Source: a virus
Lineage: Duplodnaviria > Heunggongvirae > Uroviricota > Caudoviricetes
IMG/VR virus record: IMGVR_UViG_3300017766_004476
Location: 76,413-112,741 of that record
Direction: 5' to 3' (one strand)
DNA length: 36,329 nucleotides
Part shown: positions 9,881 through 19,150 of the stretch, in pieces
How the letters are laid out: each line of letters opens with the position of its first letter
Numbering within the stretch: the first letter of the stretch is position 1
Notes under the pieces: generated by a model
The model's database searches: none
Seen by the model: the letters and a program-made list of their open reading frames with translations, nothing else
Told to the model about the DNA's origin: nothing
Position numbers and translations under genes: made by a program

Positions 9881-10597
9881 TCATTCTCCTAGATATTCTT
9901 CAATTACTCCATTATCATGATCAAGGAAACAGTCTAATAATTGGTTTCTTAGAGCTTTATATTGCTTCTGATGTTCAAGACATTCTGGGAACCTATCAAA
10001 GAACTCTTCCTTACTATCTGTTATAAGGTAGGCATTTAGTTCATCAGGAAATACATCAGGATGATAGAGACCGTCAGACTTAAATGCTTTATATGCAATC
10101 TCGGTAATCGGAGAATTTTGATCAAGACAGTCTATAACAATTTTATCTACTGCTTTCCGATACTTAGGGAGCAGGTAATACATCCCATGTATTAACTCAT
10201 GAGCTCTTACCATATCTCGTCGTGCTTTATCAATATCATCAGGAAATCCAATTATGTAATGACTTCTATGAGGAGTTACGCGATCATTAAAGAGCTGTAA
10301 AAATTCAAATTCTTTAGGTTTCAAATTACCTAATTTGAAATTCTTGTCTTTAAGAATTTTAGCAGGAAAGTTGTACCCATGAATGACTTCATAATATTTG
10401 CAACCCGGCATAATACTCTTCCACCATTTATTAATCTGCTCATGAGTAATATCGTACTTACCTCTTAAGAGAGGATTTTCATACAGCTCTTGAAAGAACA
10501 TAAGCATCTCACTTAATTCTTTACAGGAAGAGGAAACCATTAATATGGTTTTATTACCTTTAAGCTTGATGCGCTCGAAAGAGAGCTTATTAATCAT
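9881..10597 (-). CDS. putative HEXXH zinc metalloprotein
   Basis: RAHELIHG motif plus downstream DELNAY (candidate third ligand Glu). Confidence 0.55.
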   Translation of the reverse strand: MINKLSFERIKLKGNKTILMVSSSCKELSEMLMFFQELYENPLLRGKYDITHEQINKWWKSIMPGCKYYEVIHGYNFPAKILKDKNFKLGNLKPKEFEFLQLFNDRVTPHRSHYIIGFPDDIDKARRDMVRAHELIHGMYYLLPKYRKAVDKIVIDCLDQNSPITEIAYKAFKSDGLYHPDVFPDELNAYLITDSKEEFFDRFPECLEHQKQYKALRNQLLDCFLDHDNGVIEEYLGE

Positions 10598-10629
10598 ATT
10601 AAATATAATAATTGAAATTCTATAAAATG

Positions 10630-11049
10630 CTAGGACCTATTAGGAATGCGGACTTCTGCTTTTCGGTTACCAACTGAGATATGAAAGTCCCATTTAGGTA
10701 ATGGAGTAAGCCCCATTTCTGTTCTTAACGATTCAAGCTTAGGAGATTTGACTACAATCCAGAAAGTGCAATCATCCCAGCTGTTAAAGAGTGTGTGTGA
10801 GTAATTGAATTCAACTAATTCACCTTCAAACTTCTTCCAGTACTTGATATTGTTATCTACAATATGTCCTTCATGTTTACCAGAAATGATAGTGACATGA
10901 GTACCATACTTCGGGGGATGAAGCTTGAGAGCTCTCTCCTTAAAGACCCACCAACGGTAGTATGCAGAGAAATCCGGAGAGACATTAAGCACTAACTGAT
11001 GAGTGCGTAAATGAATACGACCAAGACCGCGATATTTTTTGATAATCAT
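10630..11049 (-). CDS. 2H phosphoesterase family protein
   Basis: Two H-x-T/S motifs (THVTI, FHISV) about 70 aa apart in a 139-aa protein. Confidence 0.7.
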   Translation of the reverse strand: MIIKKYRGLGRIHLRTHQLVLNVSPDFSAYYRWWVFKERALKLHPPKYGTHVTIISGKHEGHIVDNNIKYWKKFEGELVEFNYSHTLFNSWDDCTFWIVVKSPKLESLRTEMGLTPLPKWDFHISVGNRKAEVRIPNRS

Positions 11050-11064
11050 AGTTCGGGTTCATAT

Positions 11065-11143
11065 TGGTGCTCAAGATAGGATTCGAACCTACATTTATCC
11101 ACTTACGGTTAGACTGTTTAGGAAACAGTACCGATACAAGAGC
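11065..11143 (-). tRNA. D-armless tRNA-like gene (nominal anticodon CCT) with a long variable region
   Basis: Canonical T arm GTAGG-TTCGAAT-CCTAT, encoded ACCA, stem-loop ACTGT-TTCCTAA-ACAGT; acceptor stem has two T-T mismatches; only 7 nt between acceptor and anticodon stems. Confidence 0.5.
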
Positions 11144-11351
11144 AGTGTGTTATTATTTATTGAGTTCTTTATGCATCTCAAAAAGAGCTTCTTTGACCGC
11201 TTCTTCACCATGAAAGGTTTGAAGCTTTTGAAGAGTCTCAGTAGAGATACTGACCTGTTTTATTGTCTCACCTCTTAGACTCTTTGTCATTATAATCTTT
11301 ATGTCATCCATAGTGTGTTTATAATAATAGATTCTCTAAAGAGTGCAATTA

Positions 11352-11777
11352 TTATTGTGGAGGATCTGCAGGGTTGTGGCAAAATATGCAACATGGGTCG
11401 CAATCATATTCTTGATATTCAATAGGTGCAGGCAACTTAAAGTGGCTACCATCTAGTAACTTAACTGTATCAGAGGTGAAATATTTGTTATGACCAACGG
11501 TATCAGTAAGTGTAGAGTTTACTAAGTCATCTGCATATTTGCAGATACCATCAGGTGATGCAGGATTACCGGTGCAAATATACCCTAATGGTGATTTACA
11601 CTTTTTGCAAGTTGACCGAGAATAAGGCCATGCTGACTTTATATCTCTTCCACTTCTATATAAATTAGCTTCATGAACACAGAAAGCTTTTATATGAGAA
11701 ACTCTCTGTGCAATTTTTTTATACAACTCTTCGAGCTGATCAAGAGTTAGAGTATCTATATCATTCATAATTAACAA
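11352..11777 (-). CDS. hypothetical Cys-rich protein
   Basis: CKKC, C/C and CDPCCIFC clusters suggest metal binding. Confidence 0.6.
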   Translation of the reverse strand: MLIMNDIDTLTLDQLEELYKKIAQRVSHIKAFCVHEANLYRSGRDIKSAWPYSRSTCKKCKSPLGYICTGNPASPDGICKYADDLVNSTLTDTVGHNKYFTSDTVKLLDGSHFKLPAPIEYQEYDCDPCCIFCHNPADPPQ

Positions 11778-12147
11778 GAGGTCTAAATTCTACAGATTTG
11801 AAAATATGCTCCCAAAGTGCTTCTTCATATTTCTTATAATCATCAGATGTTACCACATTATTGTTAATGTCAGAGTAGTAACCATATGATTCAAAGCGGA
11901 ATTGACTACTCATGATGTTTTTGACGAAATGATTTAGATGGCAGCGAAGTGCATTGCGTGCAGGCCCAGTACCATTCCAAATCCGCTTTCTTCCACTTGA
12001 TGTAGAAATCATGCGATCTTTATAGAACATTTGAACAGGTTGAGGTCGCTTCCGAGATGCTACAGGCTCTTTTGCTACTCTTGTTAACAAGACGTCAACT
12101 TGAGCGATTACAACATTTGGTAGTTCTTTCATAACTCTACTTCTCAC
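11761..12147 (-). CDS. hypothetical protein
   Basis: 128-aa ORF in the minus-strand run. Confidence 0.6.
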   Translation of the reverse strand: MRSRVMKELPNVVIAQVDVLLTRVAKEPVASRKRPQPVQMFYKDRMISTSSGRKRIWNGTGPARNALRCHLNHFVKNIMSSQFRFESYGYYSDINNNVVTSDDYKKYEEALWEHIFKSVEFRPLVNYE

Positions 12148-12595
12148 TTATATTAGCAAAGCGAATCTTATTAGGTGCAAGAGTTGCGAGAAAATCAAAT
12201 GCCGACATCCGCTGTAACTCTTCAGGTTTAAATCCGATACCTCCTGCTGCACGGATTACTGTATTCATGTTGTGATACATTTCCATGAGAGCAGTAACAT
12301 GCTGAATGTTTATTTTGCGATCAGTAGGGTTGCATCCCGGTATTGCAGTTGTAAAGGTTGGCTTATCCGAAGGCAGCTCCTCTGCAATTAACGCAATATA
12401 GAATCCATTAGCTTCTTTTTCAAGATGCTGCTTAGTCCATGCGCTAGTCGCTCCCTTTAGATGATCACGTACTGAAACCCAATATCCAAAGTCGACAACA
12501 TGATCATTCATGATTATGTACAACGCTTTATCCTTTAACTGCACTAAGTTAAATTTTGTAAATTTTATTCCATTTACTACTATTGTATCACTCAT
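12137..12595 (-). CDS. hypothetical protein
   Basis: 152-aa ORF in the minus-strand run. Confidence 0.65.
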   Translation of the reverse strand: MSDTIVVNGIKFTKFNLVQLKDKALYIIMNDHVVDFGYWVSVRDHLKGATSAWTKQHLEKEANGFYIALIAEELPSDKPTFTTAIPGCNPTDRKINIQHVTALMEMYHNMNTVIRAAGGIGFKPEELQRMSAFDFLATLAPNKIRFANISEK

Positions 12596-12680
12596 ATTAA
12601 TTTATTGTTCTTAATGTGTAGCTCTTGTTCTAATCGATTTTTATTTCAAATATGTAACTTGTTATCACTTTTAAATTATG

Positions 12681-12941
12681 TTATTTAGAACGAACGCTAG
12701 AGGTTAAAAATTTCTTAAGCTTTGCAATTAGATGAGTGTCCTTTGTTTCATCACATTCGTCATAGAGTGTACAAAAAACACATACTGTCGCGATAATTCC
12801 CAGTACACCCCATTGAAATACATCACCCCAAGTCGTTACACCACCCGCAGGGTCACATCCATGTTTACCGGCATAATACATAGAGATGCACCCAATTATA
12901 TACCAGACTGCTAACCCCAATAGAATATACAAGAGTATCAT
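12681..12941 (-). CDS. small membrane protein
   Basis: Two hydrophobic segments. Confidence 0.6.
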   Translation of the reverse strand: MILLYILLGLAVWYIIGCISMYYAGKHGCDPAGGVTTWGDVFQWGVLGIIATVCVFCTLYDECDETKDTHLIAKLKKFLTSSVRSK

Positions 12942-13243
12942 ATTTTACGATCCTTTGTGAAGAATTCATATACAATGCGGATCGGCTTTAAAGATAGTAA
13001 GAACTTACTCATCTTCTCTCCGCACTCAGTTCTGAATGTTTGATAAGGGCTTTTGCGCCATCTACCATCATTCTCGAAGCAAATATTAAACGCTATTAAG
13101 ATTGCAAGTATTCCACCTGCAGTGCCAGTCTTAAATACGTCCCAGAGAGAAATGCTCTTTACTGCACGCACTTTACAATCTATATAGAATGCTGCCATTC
13201 CGATGGCTTGCCAAGTGAATAAAAATAATGCTAATTTTATCAT
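12938..13243 (-). CDS. small membrane protein
   Basis: Two hydrophobic segments; 4-nt overlap with its neighbour. Confidence 0.6.
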   Translation of the reverse strand: MIKLALFLFTWQAIGMAAFYIDCKVRAVKSISLWDVFKTGTAGGILAILIAFNICFENDGRWRKSPYQTFRTECGEKMSKFLLSLKPIRIVYEFFTKDRKI

Positions 13244-13246
13244 AAA

Positions 13247-13669
13247 TTATCTTGAATAGCAAATGCACGTTTCAGGTAACCAACTCTTACAATGGTGACA
13301 CCATACATCATTCTCTTCCGACCATTTGTAGAATGGTGTGGAGTTCTCGTAGAGATTATATTGTTGCGTTTTAGTTCTCAATTCCCACTCAACATAAGTT
13401 TCACCGTCACGCATTTCAAACTCTGATACTTTGTGAGGTGGGTCTTCAACTATTGTAGTAAAGATCTCTACATGAACATCACCAGCATGATATACTGACT
13501 TAAAGCCCGGCTGAAAGTTCGGAGGTATATAGCTTACAACAAATCCTATCGATTTTGCATAATCAAGAGCCTGCTGTGAGTCAGTAAAGACTTTAATCTG
13601 CTCATTGAAGGGAGCAAAGTCCATATTCTTCGATTTATTAAAGACAATATATACAACTGAATTACTCAT
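13247..13669 (-). CDS. hypothetical protein
   Basis: 140 aa with C-terminal CHHC..C.C. Confidence 0.6.
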   Translation of the reverse strand: MSNSVVYIVFNKSKNMDFAPFNEQIKVFTDSQQALDYAKSIGFVVSYIPPNFQPGFKSVYHAGDVHVEIFTTIVEDPPHKVSEFEMRDGETYVEWELRTKTQQYNLYENSTPFYKWSEENDVWCHHCKSWLPETCICYSR

Positions 13670-13785
13670 ACACGTTTATTAGTTTTTAATTTCTGATCTG
13701 AGTTTATTCTCATCTAGTCGTCCTTTGCTGTAGCCTATGTTGTAAGAGCACGGAATACAGACAAGTAGTAGTGCAATGATACCAA

Positions 13786-15069
13786 TCATAATTGATATCC
13801 TCCGGTTTTCTTATTCAAATAGAAGTTACGATTGATAAATTCAATAACCTCTTGAGGATCGATATCTTTACTAAACACAATGTTAGGTCCATGCTGATCA
13901 AGCATTACAGCTTTAAGGTTACCAAATTGTTTCAACCCATCGCTCGTGTTTTTACCGCATTGATGACTCCCGCACTCCACCTCACGTTGAGACCTAATCG
14001 GAATCTCATCAGGATGATTCTCTCTCAATGGACAGTGAAAGTGTACAATACAATCCATACCGGGATGATCTCTGAATACAATTCTCTGAGACTGTCCCCC
14101 TACAGAAGGCTTTGCTCCATATGCAATAACCGTATCAGGCCCATCAGTCTTTACATACACCATTCCCGTATTCATGATGTCGTTAAAGTTGCTTTTTCTG
14201 ATGCTGGTTAAGAATTCAGTATCAGACAATTTGACTGCAAAGTGCCCTACCGTTGCATTTGCAAAAGGTTTATAAGCATTACCGCGAATGCAATGCTCTA
14301 CTACTGCCTTTACTGAAGCAGGAATTCTCTCATCGGACCATTTAACTGGTTTACCCTCAACGACCGTCGATTGGGTGAAGGTAAGATGACTCCGATAATA
14401 AGCCATATCAACCAGATTCTCTAATACTTCTACTCTATTATTAGTTTCGTGATATGCTGCTTCTTCAGGAGTGACAATCATATTCCATCTCGTCTTAGTG
14501 TCGTTGACTAAAACTAAGTTAACTGAGCCTTCTTTGCAGAGTCTCAGACCCTTCTCAAACATTTCCTGCTTAGATGCACCGCAAGTAGTCTTAAATCCAA
14601 CAAGGAAGATGTCTTTACGACCCTCACGTATATAAGGAATAATCTTCTTCGATTTACCAATCCAAAGATTTACCTCTTCAGTTTGATGAGTATCGAGACG
14701 GGGTTCATATTTCCCGAATTTATCGAGCTCTATATCATCATCATTATCTACAGGTATATGAGCCTCTGTAGGTTCCCAATCTACTAATGCACAGTTAAAG
14801 AATATAATCTTCGTGTTCAGATCTGCCTTAAGGAGTTCAACTCTCTTTAAAACATCTTCGTTTGTCTCAAGAGGAGGACCATAAAATGATACTTCACGTC
14901 CAGACATCTTTGTAAGATGAAGGCAAACATCCATTTCAGAAAATCGCTTTGATGCAAACCTATACAATAATCCTGCAGTTGTACCATATGCAGGTGCACA
15001 GAGAGCTAGATGATTAGCAATGTGTGCAATCGTACCACCACCGAAAATGTGAATCTTTTTGACGTTCAT
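13786..15069 (-). CDS. divergent CoaB/DFP (phosphopantothenate-cysteine ligase-like) domain fused to a class II aldolase/adducin domain
   Basis: N-half: FGGGT..HI, FNCALVDW, LVGFKTT, NLVLVND follow the CoaB pattern. C-half: GHFAV..SD.EFLTS, KPS, IVHFH, QHG follow the class II aldolase pattern with three Zn-ligand His. Confidence 0.7.
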   Translation of the reverse strand: MNVKKIHIFGGGTIAHIANHLALCAPAYGTTAGLLYRFASKRFSEMDVCLHLTKMSGREVSFYGPPLETNEDVLKRVELLKADLNTKIIFFNCALVDWEPTEAHIPVDNDDDIELDKFGKYEPRLDTHQTEEVNLWIGKSKKIIPYIREGRKDIFLVGFKTTCGASKQEMFEKGLRLCKEGSVNLVLVNDTKTRWNMIVTPEEAAYHETNNRVEVLENLVDMAYYRSHLTFTQSTVVEGKPVKWSDERIPASVKAVVEHCIRGNAYKPFANATVGHFAVKLSDTEFLTSIRKSNFNDIMNTGMVYVKTDGPDTVIAYGAKPSVGGQSQRIVFRDHPGMDCIVHFHCPLRENHPDEIPIRSQREVECGSHQCGKNTSDGLKQFGNLKAVMLDQHGPNIVFSKDIDPQEVIEFINRNFYLNKKTGGYQL

Positions 15070-15108
15070 ATTACAATGATATAATATTCGCTTATCTAGT
15101 TAATGCTC

Positions 15109-16278
15109 TTACATTCTCTGACAAACATTTCGCTTTGATACATACAAATGCATACAAATTCGTTCATAGTCCGGATCTCTGTAATACTCACCTTCTTGAA
15201 ACGTATTACTATATTCATAGAGTTGACCGCATCCAGCTTGAGAGATGCTCTGATTAATTTGAGCCCGTTTTGATACTGTTGAGAGTTGAGACTCAAAACG
15301 CTTATCGATTTGATGTTGAGTATATCCCCGCTTTTTGAGACGCTCAACCTGTAACTCGGGGCTGGTAGTAATCAGAATTATGTTATTATTACAGATTGGT
15401 AACATATTTGCCTCTACTAAGAGGGCACCATTTAATAAAATAATCTGATTATAGAGAGCTTGTGTTTGAATAGTTTTCCGAACTCGAGTAAGTATCGGTA
15501 TTCTCATTAAATCATTAAGGTGAGTTAGTTCATCCTTATTATTAAATACAACTTCTCCTAATTCTTTACGGTCAATAGTAATACCATCAAGACCTCCGGT
15601 AAGCATAAAGTCTTTAATTATCTTACGGCGCAATTCAATATACACCTCTTCTGTGCGAGTGTGTAGAATATCATAGGCAACTTTATCAAGATCGAGATTA
15701 TATGCACTAAGACGTTCAGCAGAGTAGTAAGAATTACAAAGTTTATCAGTTATGTATGATTTACCAGATCCAATAGTACCAGTAACTCCATAAATGTCTT
15801 TATGCCAAATCTTTCTCTCTAATTCACGCTTAACTAAAAGAGGTACATATTCATCTACAAATCCAAAGTTTTCACACACTGCTTTTGCTGCACTTGAGCT
15901 TACATGATTAAGCCCTGGTTTTGCGAAGATAGTAAAGGTCTCAATACCTCTTTGCTGGGTAGCCCCTACTTCATGAAGAAGCCTCTCATAGTCATAATCC
16001 TGAGGATTGCGAATCCCTTTAATAATGACTTTACTTCCTAATTCATAAACATAGTCTGCAAGTAATCCTGAAAATGTATCAACTATAACATTAGGAATGT
16101 TTTGAGTACATTTCTTAATCATCTGAATCCGCTCTTCTTCAGTAAAGAGATACTTCTTAGATGAATTCTTACCTACTGCAATTACTACTTTATCGAACAT
16201 TTCAGATGCACGTCTAATAACATCTAAATGTCCCAGTGTGAAGGGATCAAAGCTGCCGGGGTATACGCAAGTTTTCAT
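15109..16278 (-). CDS. coaD-coaE: bifunctional phosphopantetheine adenylyltransferase / dephospho-CoA kinase
   Basis: YPGSFDPFTLGHLDVI, KGIRNPQDYDYE and VSSS (CoaD); GVTGTIGSGKS, DLDKVAYDIL, IDRKELGEVVF, QVERL..R and SQL (CoaE). Confidence 0.9.
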   Translation of the reverse strand: MKTCVYPGSFDPFTLGHLDVIRRASEMFDKVVIAVGKNSSKKYLFTEEERIQMIKKCTQNIPNVIVDTFSGLLADYVYELGSKVIIKGIRNPQDYDYERLLHEVGATQQRGIETFTIFAKPGLNHVSSSAAKAVCENFGFVDEYVPLLVKRELERKIWHKDIYGVTGTIGSGKSYITDKLCNSYYSAERLSAYNLDLDKVAYDILHTRTEEVYIELRRKIIKDFMLTGGLDGITIDRKELGEVVFNNKDELTHLNDLMRIPILTRVRKTIQTQALYNQIILLNGALLVEANMLPICNNNIILITTSPELQVERLKKRGYTQHQIDKRFESQLSTVSKRAQINQSISQAGCGQLYEYSNTFQEGEYYRDPDYERICMHLYVSKRNVCQRM

Positions 16279-16511
16279 TTATCTCCTCTAAAAAATTTAT
16301 CAACCTTCTCTTTGTGGATATCATATATGTCTGCTATCAAATTAATTATTACAGGTATAAGTATTGCAGGGCCTAAAATGCTAATTGCTAATGCATCAGA
16401 AATACCACACTTACCCATCGACTTAATATTACACCTGTTTATTATAAAGATAATAATTACCCCAGATATATACCACAGTATAAGTATCCCAATAAAGCTG
16501 ATAAAGTTCAT
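16275..16511 (-). CDS. small membrane protein
   Basis: Two hydrophobic helices; 4-nt overlap with the start of coaD-coaE. Confidence 0.6.
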   Translation of the reverse strand: MNFISFIGILILWYISGVIIIFIINRCNIKSMGKCGISDALAISILGPAILIPVIINLIADIYDIHKEKVDKFFRGDK

Positions 16512-16513
16512 AA

Positions 16514-17107
16514 TTAAATTGTATCTAATTCGTATTGAATGTTGATTCGAGCTTGATCTTCAAAATCAGTTAAAATAGAGAATAATTTAGGACGAGCTAA
16601 AGCTTGCTGAAGAAACGCTATCCTTCCTTTATTAAACTCCTTATTCGCTATATGTACCCATTCTCTGCGAATTGCAGCACGGTAGAGAGAATATGCGCTG
16701 GGTGATGAGCCTAAAATTGCTAAATCTAAATCACACATTGCATTAGATACTTCATTCTCTGTAGGTAAATGGTGCTGAGTTGCAAGAATAATTTCAGTAA
16801 CAGCATCTATATCTTTTGGAGACACTCCAATTATAGAGAGATCTAATGCTGCACGATGAGCGCTCAACTCTTCATTAACTCTATATCCTGGATTGTCTGT
16901 TGAATACACAAAGTCATGATACCAGATAGCCCATCTGAGAATAGGAGTATTTAACTCCTTCAGCTTAGGATGAGTATAGAGGATATCAAAGCAATTGTTA
17001 AGGTGCTGGATATTGTGATATGGTCGATTAACCATGCTCATTTTCTCAATGAGATTTATGAACAAGTTAGAATGCATCCACTTTTTATACTGCTGACTAA
17101 TACTCAT
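16514..17107 (-). CDS. HD-superfamily metal-dependent phosphohydrolase (COG4339-like)
   Basis: RPYHNIQH, AIWYHDFVY, NEELSA, ILATQHH, DLDLAILG, IRREW, GR..FL. Confidence 0.85.
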   Translation of the reverse strand: MSISQQYKKWMHSNLFINLIEKMSMVNRPYHNIQHLNNCFDILYTHPKLKELNTPILRWAIWYHDFVYSTDNPGYRVNEELSAHRAALDLSIIGVSPKDIDAVTEIILATQHHLPTENEVSNAMCDLDLAILGSSPSAYSLYRAAIRREWVHIANKEFNKGRIAFLQQALARPKLFSILTDFEDQARINIQYELDTI

Positions 17108-17400
17108 AATTCAATTCGATTTAATTTTATAAGCTTTTCTAGTTGAATCAAACTTTTATTCGCGAATGCTCCCATCTTTCCGGTATGAATACTATGTAAA
17201 TAATTACACACTGTACTTATATGAACCCTATCTGCACTATCACCTTTAAGGGTGGCGATGCCGCTAATTATCTCTTCTTCAGACCTGTATCCAAACCTGA
17301 TATCATTCGCTTTATTAATAGGTAATGATGTAGTGTCATAGACATATCTTACACAGCGATTAATTTCCTCTCGAGGAATGCCATATATAGATTGACTCAT
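17104..17400 (-). CDS. hypothetical protein
   Basis: 98-aa ORF packed between the Thg1-like and HD genes. Confidence 0.6.
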   Translation of the reverse strand: MSQSIYGIPREEINRCVRYVYDTTSLPINKANDIRFGYRSEEEIISGIATLKGDSADRVHISTVCNYLHSIHTGKMGAFANKSLIQLEKLIKLNRIEL

Positions 17401-17401
17401 A

Positions 17402-18232
17402 TTAAGGTGTATAGTTAGGAATCATTAAGAGTAATTGATCTTTGTTTTCAGTAAACTTCCATGCAGGCCATGATATCCATCTCGTTCTTGCAGGTGGTGC
17501 GATGTTTGTAGGTGTTATTTCGTCTAAATCAAAAAATTTCTCTTTGATAATCAACCGACCATTCTTCAAACTTGGATCATACTCAGCCCAATTGATTCCC
17601 TTCTGAAAAATCAACTTTTGCAATTCAGTGGAATTCTTAGATTGTAATTCTTTGTGACTATAGAGACTCTGAGCGACCATAGAAACAGAATTACGGGCGC
17701 AATCTTGATTTCTCCAAATAAAGTAGTTCATCACTTCAGTACGGTCAGGAATGGTGAATACACGGGAATCGAACGCAGCCGGACGAAACTCTTCTACTCC
17801 CACCACTTGCCCGTCTGAAAATGTATGTAAATCCGATTCAGATAATGCCTTGGAATACTCTTTAACCCAAGTCTTGAACCTGTATTGGTTAAACTCAGCA
17901 GTCATCAAACTTGCTGACACAGAACAGATTTTCTGAATATTACCATCAAACCATGCATCTGTATTCTCCTTTTCAAAATCCGTTAAAAGGATAGAAATTT
18001 CATCGCTTTGGACATATGCGAATACTGCTCCTTGAATTTGAGGAAGGATTGCTTTTACAGCATCGTCTAAATCATCAATCAATTCTTTATCAAATGGTTT
18101 TTTCAACCCTCTTGTGTAAGTGTGAAAAGCTTTACCGTCTAAGCGTATGATGGTATAGGTTCTACGGGGTAGTGAATAGCGAGTGCGGCTCTCGTATTGA
18201 GCCTTCATTCTATCTCCAAGTGTATCTTTCAT
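17402..18232 (-). CDS. thg1: tRNA(His) guanylyltransferase Thg1-like protein (3'-5' polymerase)
   Basis: LGDRMK.YE, IRLDGKAFHTYT, YVQSDEISILL, WFDGNIQKI.S, FDSRVF, YFIWRNQD..RNS. Confidence 0.92.
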   Translation of the reverse strand: MKDTLGDRMKAQYESRTRYSLPRRTYTIIRLDGKAFHTYTRGLKKPFDKELIDDLDDAVKAILPQIQGAVFAYVQSDEISILLTDFEKENTDAWFDGNIQKICSVSASLMTAEFNQYRFKTWVKEYSKALSESDLHTFSDGQVVGVEEFRPAAFDSRVFTIPDRTEVMNYFIWRNQDCARNSVSMVAQSLYSHKELQSKNSTELQKLIFQKGINWAEYDPSLKNGRLIIKEKFFDLDEITPTNIAPPARTRWISWPAWKFTENKDQLLLMIPNYTP

Positions 18233-18252
18233 ATCAATTTAAATATTCCAAT

Positions 18253-18510
18253 CTAAGATGTTAACAGTTCTACAAAGAGATACGTAATAGTGAAGAGCAT
18301 CAAAATTAAGGCTCCTACGCAGAGCCAGCAAAAGTATCCCATAAATTTCGCAGCTTTTTCTCTCAATTGTTCAGTTGGTGTAATGTTTAAATTAAATTTT
18401 TTAAATAATTCACCTGGGGTTACTTCTTTTTTATTTTCATCGTTAAAAGCTTCTTCAAGTTGTTTTACTAATTCAGCTTTAGATTTTTTTGATTCAGGGT
18501 GTATTAGCAT
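18253..18510 (-). CDS. small membrane-anchored protein
   Basis: C-terminal hydrophobic helix. Confidence 0.6.
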   Translation of the reverse strand: MLIHPESKKSKAELVKQLEEAFNDENKKEVTPGELFKKFNLNITPTEQLREKAAKFMGYFCWLCVGALILMLFTITYLFVELLTS

Positions 18511-18514
18511 AATA

Positions 18515-19150
18515 TTAAATTGGGTAAATTCGTTTAAGTAACCTCATGAGGTAGTCATGAGTCATAAGCTGATACATTCCACTATCATCAAACTTAGTCA
18601 AGTCTGTATTAGAATAGCAAATTGGTTGATATTCTGAATCTTCTTTACCTTCGTAGACTACCCATGCTGCAGTTTCATGAAGATTTACAAATACGGTATG
18701 GAGCTCCGATGCATCTAGATGTATCCTTGAAGGGTTATATGCATAAACTCTGTCTACTGCAAATGCATATAAAGGCGCATCTCCGAGATACTCGAATTTG
18801 CATTCATTTTCTTTAATCTTTGACTTATAGAGATACTTTTTATATTGTCTACCTGTAAGATAGTGTTCTTCTTTGCTGGCTGTAAATTTTCTATTGTGAA
18901 TGCAGCCATGTATTACATCAATATCTAGTTCACAGTGATGAGGATGAATAGCAACTGAAAGTTCATCACTATCTCTATGATTTTTCCACAGCTCGTGATT
19001 TTCATGAGCAATAAACATTCTGATACGTGCACCCGGAGTGTCATCAAACAGAATAGAATCTACTCCTCGAGCATGACAATTTATCAGAGACTTCTGAAGC
19101 ATCACGTCAAGGTTAGTCTTGAGAAAATGTTTAACTAGGTTTAAGTGCAT
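18515..19150 (-). CDS. hypothetical protein, possibly a cupin-like metal-binding fold
   Basis: CH, HPHH and LHTV His clusters within beta-rich sequence. Confidence 0.5.
   Translation of the reverse strand: MHLNLVKHFLKTNLDVMLQKSLINCHARGVDSILFDDTPGARIRMFIAHENHELWKNHRDSDELSVAIHPHHCELDIDVIHGCIHNRKFTASKEEHYLTGRQYKKYLYKSKIKENECKFEYLGDAPLYAFAVDRVYAYNPSRIHLDASELHTVFVNLHETAAWVVYEGKEDSEYQPICYSNTDLTKFDDSGMYQLMTHDYLMRLLKRIYPI

Noticed and set aside
2243-15347. Nested alternative-frame minus-strand ORFs 2243-2443, 5518-5739 and 15096-15347
   Set aside because: Contained in longer motif-bearing genes, with no independent evidence
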